Positions 35,114-51,300 of a stretch of DNA of 64,000 nt are shown piece by piece. The stretch is from Anaeramoeba ignava BMAN. Lineage: Eukaryota; Protista; Anaeramoebae. The notes under the pieces were generated by a model. That model made no database searches and was not told the DNA's origin. It worked only from the letters and a program-made list of their open reading frames with translations. The translations under genes and the position numbers were made by a program. The stretch's first letter is position 1, and each line of letters starts with the position of its first letter. The stretch covers positions 149,491 to 213,490 of the forward strand of contig JAPDFW010000106.1 in NCBI GenBank assembly GCA_028826165.1, read 5' to 3'.

Positions 35114-38100
35114 TTATATGAATTTGTTGCTCGGATTTTGACTTATTGCTTTTGATGTAGTTGGTTTAAGAATCTAAAAAAAAATTTTTGAATTAAAAAT
35201 TAAAAATTTAAAAATTTAAAAAAAAACAATTTACTTGAAAGGAACACATTAAAGATTCATCAACACTCATTAAAGCACCAGCATTATCAAATTCCTATTT
35301 AATTTAATTTCAAATTTTAATTTAAATTTTAATTTAATTTAATTTAATTTAATTTAATTTAATTTCAAATTTTAATTTAATTTAATTTAATTTAATTTAA
35401 TTTAATTTAATTTCAAATTTTAATTTAATTTAATTTAAAAATAATTTACTCCACAATAATTTGGTGCACTAAATATTGTAACAAGTCTTCTTTGTGCAAA
35501 AAAATCATAACCTTTTTCAACTACCTATTATATTAATTTTTTTTTAATTTTATTTTAATTTTATTTTAATTTGAATAAAAATAATACTTGATGTGCTCTG
35601 CAAATTAAATCAAAATCATTTTCTTTTAAAAATTGTGCAACAGCATCTGCTCCAAAAACACATGAAACTCCTCTATCATGATTTGGTCCAAATCCTTGAA
35701 TATTTGGATCAGGATCACTCCAAAGTAAATCACAAAGTAAACCTAATTTCAATTTAAATTAAATTCAAAATAATTTTAATCAAATTTAATATAAATAATT
35801 TATTTGTAAATAATTTTAATTAAATTTAATCTAATTTATTTGTAAATAATTTTAATTAAATTTAATATAATTTAATTGTAAATAGTTTTAATATAATTTA
35901 ATATAATTTATTTGTAAATAATTTTAATATAATTTAATATAATTTATTTGTAAATAATTTTAATATAATTTAATATAATTTATTTGTAAATAATTTTAAT
36001 ATAATTTATTTGTAAATAATTTTAATTAAATTTAATATAATTTATTTGTAAATAATTTTAATTAAATTTAATATAATTTATTTGTAAATAATTTTAATTC
36101 AATTTAATATAATTTATTTGTAAATAATTTTAATTCAATTTAATATAATTTATTTTGTAAATAATTTTAATTAAATTTAATATAATTTATTTGTAAATAA
36201 TTTTAATTAAATTTAATATAATTTATTTATAAATAATTTTAATTCAATTTAATATAATTTATTTATAAATAATTTTAATTCAATTTAATATAATTTATTT
36301 GTAAATAATTTTAATTCAATTTAATATAATTTATTTGTAAATAATTTTAATTCAATTTAATATAATTTATTTATAAATAATTTTAATATAATTTAATATA
36401 ATTTATTTGTAAAATAAATTTAATATAATTTAATATAATTTATTTATAAATAATTTTAATATAATTTAATATAATTTATTTGTAAATAATTTTAATATAA
36501 TTTAATATAATTTATTTATAAATAATTTTAATATAATTTAATATAATTTATTTATAAATAATTTTAATTCAATTTAATATAATTTATTTGTAAATAATTT
36601 TAATTCAATTTAATATAATTTATTTGTAAATAATTTTAATTCAATTTAATATAATTTATTTGTAAATAATTTTAATTAAATTTAATATAATTTATTTATA
36701 AATAATTTTAATATAATTTAATATAATTTATTTGTAAATAAATTTAATATAATTTAATATAATTTATTTGTAAATAATTTTAATATAATTTAATATAATT
36801 TATTTGTAAATAATTTTAATTCAATTTAATATAATTTATTTGTAAATAATTTTAATTAAATTTAATATAATTTATTTGTAAATAATTTTACCTTCATCAG
36901 GAATTTCTGTTGGTCTTGTTATTCTTTGAATTTGTTCAATAGATGTTAAATGAGGTGATAAACCTCCATGAACACAAAATATCTTATCATCAATAATTGC
37001 AGCAAGAGGAAGACAATTAAAACATTCAGAAAAAATTTTCCAGAGTTTAACTCTATATCTTTTTTTACCTATTTTTTTAAAATTAATATTTAAAAAATTA
37101 ATATTTAAATTAATATTTAAATTAATATTTAAAATTAATATTTTAATTAATATTTAAATTAATATTTAAAATGAATATTTTAATTTGATATTTATATTAA
37201 TATTTAAATTAATATTTAAATGAATATTTAAATTAATATTTAAATTAATATTAAAATTAATATTTAAATTAATATTTAAATTAATATTTAAATTAATATT
37301 TAAAATGAATATTTTAATTTGATATTTATATTAATATCCAAATTAATATTTAAATTAATATTTAAATTAATATTTAAATTAATATTTTAATTAATATTTA
37401 AATTAATATTTTAATTAATATTTAAATCAATATTTAAATTAATATTTATATTAATATTTTAATTGATTTGAAAAATTACATTCTTCAAAAAATCCATAAA
37501 GTCTATTAATTAAAGCACTTTCATGATTTCCACGGAGCATAAAGAAATTTTCTGGATATTTGATTTTATAAGCTAACAATAAACAAACAGATTCTAATCC
37601 ATTTAAACCACGATCTACATAATCACCCATAAAAAGATAATTAGCTTCTGGAGGAAATCCACCATATTCAAATAATCTTAATAAATCATAATATTGTCCA
37701 TGAATATCTCCTTTAAAAATTAAAATTCATTTATAAAATTAAAATTAAAATTAAAATTAAAATTAATATTAAAATTAAAATTAAAATTAAAATTAAAATT
37801 AAAATTAAAATTAAAATTAAAATTAAAATTAAAATTCAAAATTAAAATTAAAATCAAAATTATAATTAAATTTAAAATTAAAATTAAAATTAAAATTAAA
37901 ATTATAATTAAAATTTAAATTAAAATTAAAATTAAAATTAAAATTAAAATTAAAATTAAAATTATAATTAAAATTAAAATTAAAATTAAAATTATAATTA
38001 AAATTAAAATTAAAATTAATATTAAAATTAAAATTAAAATTAAAATTAAAATTAAAATTAAAATTTAAAATTAAAATTAAAATTAAAAATTAAAATTAAA

Positions 38101-38566
38101 ATTAAAATTAAAATTAAAATTAAAATTAAAAATTAAAATTAAAATTAAAATTAAAATTAAAATTAAAATTAAAATTAAAATTAAAATTAAAATTAAAATT
38201 AAAATTAAAATTAAAATTAAAATTATAATTAAAATTAAAATTAAAATTAAAATTAAAATTAAAATTAAAATTAAAATTAAAATTAAAATTAAAATTAAAA
38301 TTATAATTAAAATTTAAATTAAAATTAAAATTAAAATTAAATTGTAATGCAAAAATAACGAACAAAAAAAATTATTTAAATATTTTACCACAAATTTTAA
38401 TTGGTGCTTCAAGTTCTAAAAGAATTGGTTGACTTAGAAATATTTCTCTTGCTTTTTCACAAAGTGTTCTAATTTCTTTTTCAGTTAATCCTGGATCTTT
38501 TATTTTTGAGTCTTTCATTGCAACTAATCTTTCAATTATTGAATCAACATCAAAATCTAATTCCAT
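35114..38566 (-). CDS. PP1: Serine/threonine protein phosphatase 1 catalytic subunit, 7 exons, repeat-filled introns
   Basis: [12 protein letters not shown]|DIHGQ, GDYVDRG, RGNHE, HGGLSP, DLLWSDP, RAHQ, SAPNYCG, LMCSFQ|ILKP; TAA at 35114-35116. Confidence 0.95.
35775..36888. repeat. Intronic ~33-bp minisatellite in PP1
   Basis: Unit approximately 'aatttatttgtaaataattttaattcaatttaatat'. Confidence 0.85.
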
Positions 38567-38769
38567 TTAATAAATTTTCTTTTTAATTAATTTCTTTTTA
38601 AAAATGAAAAAAAAAAAATGAAAAAAAAATGAAAAAAATTTTTTTTTTAATTTCCTTTTTTTTTAATTTTGTTTTTTGTTTTGTTTTGGAAATGAGAATT
38701 TTTTTTAGGATTAAATTTTGATTTTAATTTTAAATTTCTTTCCAAATTATTTCTTTTCCAATTTTTTAA

Positions 38770-39310
<541 letters not shown>

Positions 39311-39316
39311 TGGAAA

Positions 39317-42300
39317 TTATTTGAAAATAAAATCAAAATCAAAATCAATTTCAATTTTTTCTAAACTTTCTAAAACCCATTTTCCTTTTTCTTGAATATC
39401 TTGATTGAATGGGAAATTATTCATTGCTTTTTTGATAAGTTCAATTCCGTTCAATCTTTTTATTTCTCTTTGGTTTTCTATTTTTTTTTGGGAATTTTAT
39501 ATTTTAAAAGAATTATTTGATTTGAATTAATAATGAATAAATATTTCCAATTTTTGTTTTTGAATATTGATTAATTTTGATTAATGATTGATAAATAAAA
39601 ATTGATTAAATTAGTTTTCTTAATTCATTTTTATTATTATTTGTATAATTTTTATTTTTTAATTTTATCTACCATCATTATTAAAAGAAATATTATTTAA
39701 AGCCCAAATTCCATTTTCTTGAATATCTTGATTATTTGGGAAATTATTCATTGATTTAATAATAGGTTCAATTCCTTTTAAATTATTAATTTCAATTTGA
39801 TTTTCTATTTTATTATTTTTATTTTTGAAAATAAATTTGAAATTGATTAATTTTTTTTTGGATTTTAATTAATAATTAATAATTAAATTATTTATTTATT
39901 ATTTTGTAAATTTATTTAATTTTGATTTATTTTTTTGGAATTATTTTTTGATATTTTTTGATTTAATTTTTAATTTTGAATTTCAAAAAAAAATGGAAAA
40001 TAAATATTATTTTGGATTTTTGGATTAATTTTTTATTTTTATTTACCTTTATTAACAGCAATATTCAATAAAGCTCCACATCCGTTTTCTTGAATATCTT
40101 GATTATTTGGGAAATTATTCATTGATTTAATAATAGGTTCAATTCCTTTTAAATTTCTTATTTCAATTTGATTTTCTATTTTAATATTTTTATTTTTGAA
40201 AATAAATTTGAAATTGATTAATTTTTTTTTTGGATTTTAATTAATAATTAATATTTAATAATTATTTATTTATTATTTTGTAAATTTATTTAATTTTAAT
40301 TTATTTTTTTGGAATTATTTTTTGATATTTTTTGATTTAATTTTTAATTTTGAATTTCAAAAAAAAATGGAAAATAAATAATATTTAGGATTTTTGGATT
40401 TATTATTTATTTATTATTTACCTTCATTATTAGCAGCAATATTCCATAAAGCTCCACACCCATTAATTTGAATATCTTGATTATTTGGGAAATTATTCAT
40501 TGATTTAATAATAGGTTCAATTCCTTTTAAATTTCTAATTTCAATTTGATTTTCTATTTTATTATTTTTATTTTTGAAAATAAATTTGAAATTGATTAAT
40601 TTTTTTTTGGATTTTAATTAATAATTAATAATTATTTATTTATTTATTATTTTGTAAATTTATTTAATTTTAATTTATTTTTTTGGAATTATTTTTTGAT
40701 ATTTTTTGGATTTAATTTTTAATTTTGAAATTCAAAAAAAAATGGAAAATAAATAATATTTAGATTTTTGGATTTATTATTATTTTTTATTTACCTTTAT
40801 TAACAGCAATATTCCATAAAGCTCCACATCCATTAATTTGAATATCTTGATTATTTGGGAAATTATTCATTGATTTAATAATAGGTTCAATTCCTTTTAA
40901 ATTTCTAATTTCAATTTGATTTTCTATTTTATTATTTTTATTTTTGAAAATAAATTTGAAATTGATTAATTTTTTTTTGGATTTTAATTAATAATTAATA
41001 ATTATTTATTTATTTATTATTTTGTAAATTTATTTAATTTTGATTTATTTTTTTGGAATTATTTTTTGGTATTTTTTGATTTAATTTTTAATTTTGAATT
41101 TCAAAAAAAAATGGAAAATAAATAATATTTAGGTTTTTGGATTTATTATTTATTTTTTATTTACCTTTATTAACAGCAATATTCCTTAAAGCTCCACATC
41201 CATTAATTTGAATATCTTGATTATTTGAGAAATTATTCATTGATTTAATAATAGGTTCAATTCCTTTTAAATTTCTAATTTCAATTTGATTTTCTATTTT
41301 ATTATTTTTATTTTTGAAAATAAATTTGAAATTGATTAATTTTTTTTTTGGATTTTAATTAATAATTAATATTTAATAATTATTTATTTATTATTTTGTA
41401 AATTTATTTAATTTTGATTTATTTTTTTGGAATTATTTTTTGATATTTTTTAGATTTAATTTTTAATTTTGAATTTCAAAAAAAAATGGAAAATAAATAA
41501 TATTTAGGATTTTTGGATTTATTATTATTTTTTATTTACCTTTATTATTAAAAGCAATATTCCATAAAGCTCCACATCCATTTTCTTGAATATCTTGATT
41601 ATTTGAGAAATTATTCATTGCTTTAATAATAGGTTCAATTCCTTTTAAATTTCTAATTTCAATTTGATTTTCTATTTTAATATTTTTATTTTTGAAAATA
41701 AATTTGAAATTGATTGATTTTTTTTTTGGATTTTAATTAATAATTAATATTCAATAATTATTTATTTATTATTTTGTAAATTTATTTAATTTTGATTTAT
41801 TTTTTTGGAATTATTTTTTGATATTTTTTAGATTTAATTTTTAATTTTGAATTTCAAAAAAAAATGGAAAATAAATAATATTTAGGATTTTTGGATTTAT
41901 TTTTTATTTTTTATTATTTTTTATTTACCATTATTATGCTTAGCAATATTCCTTAAAGCTCCACATCCATAATATTGAATAACTTGATTATTTGGGAAAT
42001 TATTCATTGCTTTAATAATAGGTTCAATTCCTTTTAAATTTCTAATTTCAATTTGATTTTCTATTTTATTATTTTTATTTTTGAAAATAAATTTGAAATT
42101 GATTAATTTTTTTTTGGATTTTAATTAATAATTAATAATTAATAATTATTTATTTATTATTTTGTAAATTTATTTAATTTTTGGATTTATTTTTTTGGAA
42201 TTATTTTTTGATATTTTTTGATTTAATTTTTAATTTTGAATTTCAAAAAAAAATGGAAAATAAATAATATTTAGGATTTTTGTATTTATTTTTTATTTTT

Positions 42301-45300
42301 TATTTACCTTTATTATTAATAGCAATACTCTCTAAAGCTCCACATCCATTTTCTTGAATATCTTGATTATTTGGGAAATTATTCATTGATTTAATAATAG
42401 GTTCAATTCCTTTTAAATTTCTAATTTCAATTTGATTTTCTATTTTAATATTTTTATTTTTGAAAATAAATTTGAAATTGATTAATTTTTTTTTGGATTT
42501 TAATTAATAATTAATAATTAATAATTATTTATTTATTATTTTGTAAATTTATTTAATTTTTGGATTTATTTTTTTGGAATTATTTTTTGATATTTTTTGA
42601 TTTAATTTTTAATTTTGAATTTCAAAAAAAAATGGAAAATAAATAATATTTAGATTTTTGTATTTATTTTTTATTTTAATTTTTATTTACCTTTATTATT
42701 AATAGCAATATTCCATAAAGCTCCACATCCATTTTCTTGAATATCTTGATTATTTGAGAAATTATTCATTGCTTTAATAATAGGTTCAATTCCTTTTAAA
42801 TTTCTAATTTCAATTTGATTTTCTATTTTAATATTTTTATTTTTGAAAATAAATTTGAAATTGATTAATTTTTTTTTTGGATTTTAATTAATAATTAATA
42901 TTTAATAATTATTTATTTATTATTTTGTAAATTTATTTAATTTTGATTTATTTTTTTGGAATTATTTTTTGATATTTTTTGGATTTAATTTTTAATTTTG
43001 AATTTCAAAAAAAAATGGAAAATAAATAATATTTAGATTTTTGGATTTATTATTATTTTTTATTTACCTTCATTATTAAAAGCAATAACCCCTAAAGCTC
43101 CACATCCATTTTCTTGAATATCTTGATTATTTGGGAAATTATTCATTGCTTTAATAGTAGGTTCAATTCCTTTTAAATTTCTAATTTCAATTCTGCTTTC
43201 TATTTTATTATTTTTATTTTTGAAAATAAATTTGAAATTGATTAATTTTTTTGGAAATAGGAATTTTGCCTATTTTGATCTACTGCCTACTATTGTCTAT
43301 TTTTCATCTTAAATAAAATATCAATTTTTTTCAATATGTTTAACTTTTTATTCAATTTCAAAATCTTCTTTATTTTTTAATTTAAAAACATTTTACTGCA
43401 CAATTTTTAATTTTACTTTTTTTATAAATCCAGAATAATAATAAAAAATAGCCAACTTTTTTTTCAAATATCCACAATAAGTAAAAATGAATAGGTCAAG
43501 AGGAATCTTTTTTGGATTAAATCAAAATTGAGATGTTTTATTTCAAATAAATTATTTATTTTATTTAAAATCAAAATTGATTTTTTTTTGATATCACAAA
43601 TTTTCAATTAAATTTTCCTTTTGTTTTTATGAAAAAATATTTTATCACAGATTAATGATTTTGGTAAAAAGGGTTATTTTTAAATAATTATAATTTTCTT
43701 AAATTTAATGATTTAAATGAAAAATATGAGGTCAATCTCAATTTATCTGAAATTGCCTAAAGTCTGAAATTGCCCAAATTTTTTGATAATCAAAATAACG
43801 ATTTTTTTCAATACATTTGAATGATTATTTAATTAATAAATTTCTTTTATTTAATGATCTTAATTCAAAAATAAAAATAATTTTGAATCTCCAGTTTTCA
43901 ATTTGATTTTTTCAAATTAGATTTTCTTTCACTCTCTGAAAATTATTCAGATTTTAAAAAGGTTTTAAACTTAATTCAAGATTAGATTTATTATCTATGA
44001 ATTCTTTAAATTTATATTTAAAGTTTAGAATTGAGAGAAACTTAACTCAATTTGAATTTGAAGAAAACTGAATTATTTTTTTTTTCTTAATTTTGTGGAA
44101 TTTTAGTGGAATAAACCTATCACTTTTTTTTTAATCATTTATATCTAATTAATGAATAAAAAAAGATCTAAGAGATATTTTTGAATTCATAATCAATTTT
44201 CTTATAAATAAAATATTAAAGGAATAATTTATTTTTTTTTTTTTTGGTTTTTTTCTCGTTTTCCAAAATGCTTTTTTTTTACAATTTCTTGGTTTGAGAC
44301 AATTGCAAATAAATAAAAATATCTCAAATTCCAAAATCAGTTCTCAACTTTTTATTTATTAATAATTGTAAAAAATTAATTTATTTTTTTTTTGATTGGA
44401 AAAAGAAAATTTCATTTTTTTTCTTGTTTCTTTTAAAAAATTTTTTAATTTAATTTTCTAAACTTTTTCAATTTCTCATTTTATTATGAATTCTTATTAT
44501 TTTATAAATTATTTGAATTTCAAATTTTGTTTATAATTTAAATTAAGAATCAAAAATAAAATGAAAATGAAAAATTAATTTAAATGTTTTTAAAATAATT
44601 TTTAATTTAAAATTAATAAATTAAACAAATATTCTTTTTTAAGAGAGTATTTTAATTAAAATTTATAAATATATTATAATTTAAAATTATTTAAAATAAT
44701 GGAAATAAAGTAATCAAATTAATTTAATATTTATTGAAAATGAATATTATTGATAATTTAAATATTAAAATTGAAATCATTAAAACTAAAAATCTAAATA
44801 AATAAACATTAACAATTTATAATTTAAAGAATCAATTTAATTATATTATCAAATATTTATTATCCAGGATAAACAATAAAATTAATATTAATTATTTTTA
44901 TTATAATAAACCAAATATCCATATTTTTGAATTAAATTGAATAAGTATTTTTCATTAAAAATTATATTCAGATAATTTTAAGAAAATTAAATTTTTTTTT
45001 TAAAAAGGAAAATTTAAATAAATAATTTAAAATCAAAAAGTTATTGAATTATTTTTTTTTAAGTTTTTTTTATATAAAATATTTAATTAATTTTGGAAAG
45101 TTTTTTAACTCTTTATTTCCTTTTAAATTATTGTTATTTTATAAATGATTTTATTTCCAAATTCTTTTTATAATTTTAATAAAAATCAAAATGAAAATTG
45201 GAATGAAAATTGCAAATTATTTTTTTTCATTTTTTAATTTAATTTCAATTATAAAACAAAGAATCAAACAAATATTCTTTTATAAATCAATGTTTTAATT

Positions 45301-48300
45301 AATATTTCTAAATATAATATTATTTGAAATTATTGAAAATTCTTCCAAAAAATTAGTTCCTTTTCTTTTTGATTTATTTAAATTAAAATTTATTTATATT
45401 TGGAAATAAAAAAATTAAAATCATTTTCATTAAATCTTAAGTTAATAAATATTCACAAATACAATCATTTCAATCAAAATATAAACCAATTCTTATCTTT
45501 TTAAAATAATTTTTTTTTACATTTTCTTATTTCAAATTATTAAAAAGGAAAAATTTGAAGATAATTTGTTTTATTTATAATCAAATAATAAATAATTAAT
45601 TATATTAAATTTATTTGAAAATCCATTTTTAAATAAATTTATGTAATTCTTATTCTTTATTGATGATTTCATTGATTTATTCCATAAATATAAAGAAAAA
45701 AGGTTCAATTTAAAAATTGTTTTTTTTTCTATCCAACAAATTTAACCACATTTGATTTTGATAATAAATTGATGAATAAAATAAAGAATAGATGAAATTT
45801 CTTATCAAAACTTCTTTAAAACAAAACCCAATAATTTTAATATTGTTTTAGTATATTTTCAACAGAAAAAATTTATCTTCAAAAAATGTTTCATTTTAAT
45901 TCTTTTTCTTTTTCCAATTTGATTTGAATAATTTCCATTTTGTTTTTTGAATTTTTGATTTAAATTCATTAGTATTATATATGATGTTCTTTTTATTTTT
46001 TCAGTTTGTTTTTTTAATTAAGATTTTTGTTTTCTGATCCAATATATTTACAGTTTTCTTTTTCCTTTTTCATCCTGATTATTCTTTACGAATTCATAAT
46101 TTACATTTTAATTCTTGTTTTCTTTTTCAAGCTTTTTTTGGATAATGATATAAGAATTCAATCTTGAAATTATTGAAAATAACATTTAGAATCAATTTTT
46201 TAAATTATTAATTAAATTATTTATTAAATTATTAATTAAATTATTTATTAAATTATTAATTAAATTATTTATTAAATTATTAATTAAATTATTTATTAAT
46301 TTATTAATTAAATTATTTATTAAATTATTTATTAAATTATTAATTAAATTATTAATTAAATTATTAATTAAATTATTTATTAATTTATTAATTAAATTAT
46401 TTATTAAATTATTAATTAAATTATTTATTAAATTATTAATTAAATTATTAATTAAATTATTAATTAAATTATTAATTAAATTATTAATTAAATTATTTAT
46501 TAAATTATTTATTAAATTATTTATTAAATTATTTATTAAATTATTAATTAAATTATTTATTAAATTATTAATTAAATTATTTATTAAATTATTTATTAAA
46601 TTATTTATTAAATTATTTATTAAATTATTAATTAAATTATTTATTAAATTATTTATTAAATTATTTATTAAATTATTAATTAAATTATTAATTAAATTAT
46701 TAATTAAATTATTTATTAAATTATTAATTAAATTATTAATTAAATTATTTATTAAATTATTTATTAAATTATTTATTAAATTATTTATTAAATTATTTAT
46801 TAAATTATTAATTAAATTATTGATTAAATTATTTATTAAATTATTTATTAAATTATTAATTAAATTATTAATTAAATTATTTATTAATTTATTTATTAAT
46901 TTATTTATTAAATTATTTATTAAATTATTTATTAAATTATTTATTAAATTATTTATTAAATTATTAATTAAATTATTAATTAAATTATTAATTAATTTAT
47001 TAATTAAATTATTTATTAAATTATTTATTAAATTATTTATTAAATTATTAATTAAATTATTTATTAAATTATTAATTAAATTATTTATTAAATTATTTAT
47101 TAAATTATTTATTAAATTATTAATTAAATTATTAATTAAATTATTAATTAAATTATTTATTAAATTATTTATTAAATTATTAATTAAATTATTTATTAAA
47201 TTATTAATTAAATTATTTATTAAATTATTAATTAAATTATTTATTAAATTATTTATTAAATTATTTATTAAATTATTTATTAAATTATTTATTAAATTAT
47301 TAATTAAATTATTAATTAAATTATTAATTAAATTATTTATTAAATTATTTATTAAATTATTAATTAAATTATTAATTAAATTATTTATTAAATTATTTAT
47401 TAAATTATTAATTAAATTATTTATTAAATTATTTATTAAATTATTTATTAAATTATTTATTAAATTATTAATTAAATTATTTATTAAATTATTAATTAAA
47501 TTATTTATTAAATTATTTATTAAATTATTTATTAAATTATTTATTAAATTATTTATTAAATTATTAATTAAATTATAATTAAATTATTTATTAAATTATT
47601 TATTAAATTATTAATTAAATTATTAATTAAATTATTAATTAAATTATTAATTAAATTTTATTAAATTATTAATTAAATTATTTATTAAATTATTTATTAA
47701 ATTATTTATTAAATTATTTATTAAATTATTTATTAAATTATTTATTAAATTATTTATTAAATTATTTATTAAATTATTTATTAAATTATTATTAAATTAT
47801 TTATTAAATTATTTATTAAATTATTAATTAATTTATTTATTAAATTATTTATTAAATTATTTATTAAATTATTTATTAAATTATTTATTAAATTATTAAT
47901 TAAATTATTTATTAAATTATTAATTAAATTATTTATTAAATTATTAATTAAATTATTAATTAAATTATTAATTAAATTATTTATTAAATTATTAATTAAA
48001 TTATTAATTAAATTATTTATTAAATTATTTATTAAATTATTTATTAAATTATTAATTAATTTATTTATTAAATTATTTATTAAATTATTTATTAAATAAT
48101 TTATTAAATTATTAATTAAATTATTAATTAAATTATTAATTAAATTATTAATTAAATTATTTATTAAATTATTTATTAAATTATTTATTAAATTATTTAT
48201 TAAAGAAAATGTTTATACAAATTCTAAATAAAACGAAATAAGTAAATCAAAGAATATGCACAAAAAAAAAGCACTGAAAACAAAAGAACACAAATAAAAA

Positions 48301-51300
48301 TGAAAAAATGAAAAAATGAAAAAATGAAAAAATGAAAAAATGAAAAAATGAAAAAATGAAAAAAATGAAAAAATGTTTTTTTTTGTAAAAATTTAGTAAA
48401 TGATTTAACTTGGAATTTAGAAAAGATTTTTTAAATGAATATCTATTCAAAAGATATTTCAATAACTATATAACTTTAATAACAATTTGAAAAAATAAAA
48501 AAATTTGGATTTTCAAATAAAACAATGATTAATGATTTTTTAATTACAAATAATATTATAAATTATAATTAAAAGTATATTTAAGAAAGAATATATTGAT
48601 TAGAATTATTATTTTTATAAGTAATTGAAGATATAAATTTGATAAACTATTTTTAGTTAGCAAAAAAATTGGGAAAAAATTGAGAAAAAATGGATTAGAA
48701 AAAATCAATATTTTGTTTTTTTTTTGTTCTGAATTCAACAAGAAATATTGGAAAATACTTGAATCTCTGATTAAAAATTGATTTATAGTTGTTCTATGTT
48801 AATTAAAACTAAATAATAACAAAATCCAATTTATGTTCTTTTCAATCCACAATTTAACAAAATTTGATTTTAATTAAATTTATTATTAAAGGAAGAAATC
48901 ATTGAAAGGATAATTTAAAACAAAATTATTGATTTATTATTGTTATTTCTTGAATAAAAATTTAATAAAAAATTAATCAATTTGGTTTTGGAATCTCTCA
49001 AATTTAAAATATTTTATTATTCGAATATCATTATTAGAATGATTAAATTATAATTCTAAATAAAGAAAATTCATCAATTCAAAATTTAAAAATGATATTC
49101 AATTATATTCTCAATTATTTATTATTTAAAGTATTCGAATAACTAAGATTTGAAATTTAACGGTTTGAATTTTTCCTTTTTTCGTTAATGATGATAAAAT
49201 TAAAAAAAACAAACAAAACAAATTTTGCAATAAAAATGAACTAAAATATCTCTCAAATCAAACTGAAAAAGCAATTCTAACAATTTCATTTTTCATTTTT
49301 TATTTTTGATTTTATTTTTCATTTTTGATTTTTGATTTAAAAAAATTTTTTTATGAAGAAATTCAAACCTCAAATTACAATTGACGGATATCCCTTTTCC
49401 AAGAATAGACACAACTCTACTAATACAACTGGTTGGTATAGATGTAGAAAAAGGTGTGGAATGACTGCCAAATTGTTCTATGATCCCGATCTCCAATGCA
49501 CTACAAATGGACAGCATAAACCAACTTGCCAAAGGATAAGTCAATCCAGAGAAGTTGCAGATTTGTGGAATTTAGTGGAGGAATTAGCGCTGGATAATAT
49601 TTTCACTCCTGATAGAGTATATAGAGAAATGTGTGTAAGAATTGATTCAGATTTAGAAAAAGCTTATATTACTCCATCTCATCAAGAAGTTAAGAACTAT
49701 GTAAAGAACATCAGATTGCCATCTGGAAAAAAGAAGAAGAAGAAGATTTCCAGAATTTCAAATCACCAAACTCTTTCCAAGACAGATTTTCTCAGAGTGG
49801 AGCAAATGTCACCATTTAATATTTATATATGGGCTAGTAGTTCTATGATTTACAATTTAAGCTTGGCTGAACAAATTTTCATAGATGGGACTTTTAAAGT
49901 GGCTCCAAAAGGATTTAAACAAATGATAGTCGTTATGGCCAAATTACCCAAACTCAATTTGTTTTATCCTGTCTTATATGGTTTAACTGAAACTAAATCA
50001 TACCAAAACTACTTAATTTTCTTTGCTCAGCTTCTCGGTCTAATTCCATATCTTAATCCAGATTATATAACGATTGATTTTGAATTGAATTTGAAAAAGT
50101 CACTGGATCGGATTTTTCCTAACTCAAAAATCATTGGGTGTTATTTTCATTATTGTCAATGTTTAAATAGAAAATTTCAAGAACTAGGATTGAATGAACC
50201 TATACATAAAAAATTAAAAAGAAAGTTACAAAAACTACCATTTGTGCCTCAAGAAAATATCTTAGATAAAGTAAAAAAGCTCAAAAAAAAATTTCCGAAT
50301 CAGGAAAGAGTGTTTAGATATTTCCGTACAACTTTTATGTCTGATCTCAGATCACAGATGTGGAACTATAGTGAACTGCCTAAGGAAATAAAAAGAACCA
50401 ATGGATGTGTCGAGCGTTATAACAGGAGATTAAATGATATTTTCCCCACACCAAGAACAAATTTGGAGTCATTCTCTGCGCATCTAGCACAAGAAGAAAA
50501 GTATTGGCAAACAAGATTGTCTACCACAATATCGAGAGATGGAAATTTTGATTTCAGTTCTGAAAATTCAAATTCAAATTCAAATTCAAATTCAAATTCA
50601 AATTCACTTTTTCTCAATCATCCATATTTAGATCCTGATTTTGAAATTGATGAAGATTTTGAATTTGATGAAGATTTTGAGTTTCTTTCAGATTCAGATT
50701 CAGATTCAGATTCAGATTCAGATTCAGATTCAGATTCAGATTATACGAATTCCCAAATATCCAAACAACAATTTGCAAAAGAAAATGAAAAAGAAAAATG
50801 AAAAAGAAAAAGAAAAAGAAAAAGAAAAAGAAAAAGAAAAAAATGAAAAACAAAATGAAAAACAAAAACAAAAACAAAAACAAAATGAAAAACAAAAACA
50901 AAATGAAAAAGAAAAAGAAAAAGAAAAAGAAAAAGAAAAACCCACAAGAAAAACAAGAAGCAAAACAATATCAAACCAAAAACAAAAACAAAAACAAAAA
51001 CAAAATGAAAATGAAAAAGAAAAAGAAAAAGAAAAAAAGAAAAAGGAAACAGATGTTGGTATTGAGTCTAATATTGATTTTAGTTCCATTTCGAAAACTA
51101 ATTCAATTTTAAAATCAAAAAAAATTCTACAAAGAAAATCAAAAAGAATCCCAAAAAGAAATGATGATTACAATTTAAATATTTTGAATTCAAATTCACA
51201 TTCAGAAAAAGGAAAAAAAAGAAAGCTAAAATTAAAACCAAAATCAAAATCAAAATCAAAATCAAAACCAAAATCAAAATCAAAATTAAAATCAAATTCA

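Noticed and set aside
39673-43199. Regular repeat-variable-repeat pattern resembling a CRISPR array
   Set aside because: Units are ~375 bp, the variable parts are codons in GT-AG bounded exons, there are no cas genes, and the context is eukaryotic.
46820-47578. 252-aa IKLF/IKLL ORF
   Set aside because: Translation of the 12-bp minisatellite; TTG start and no unique sequence.
50780-50810. Programmed frameshifting in the transposase, PHD gene or ataxin-3
   Set aside because: All these shifts lie in A-runs where homopolymer sequencing errors are expected; no stimulatory structure is visible.
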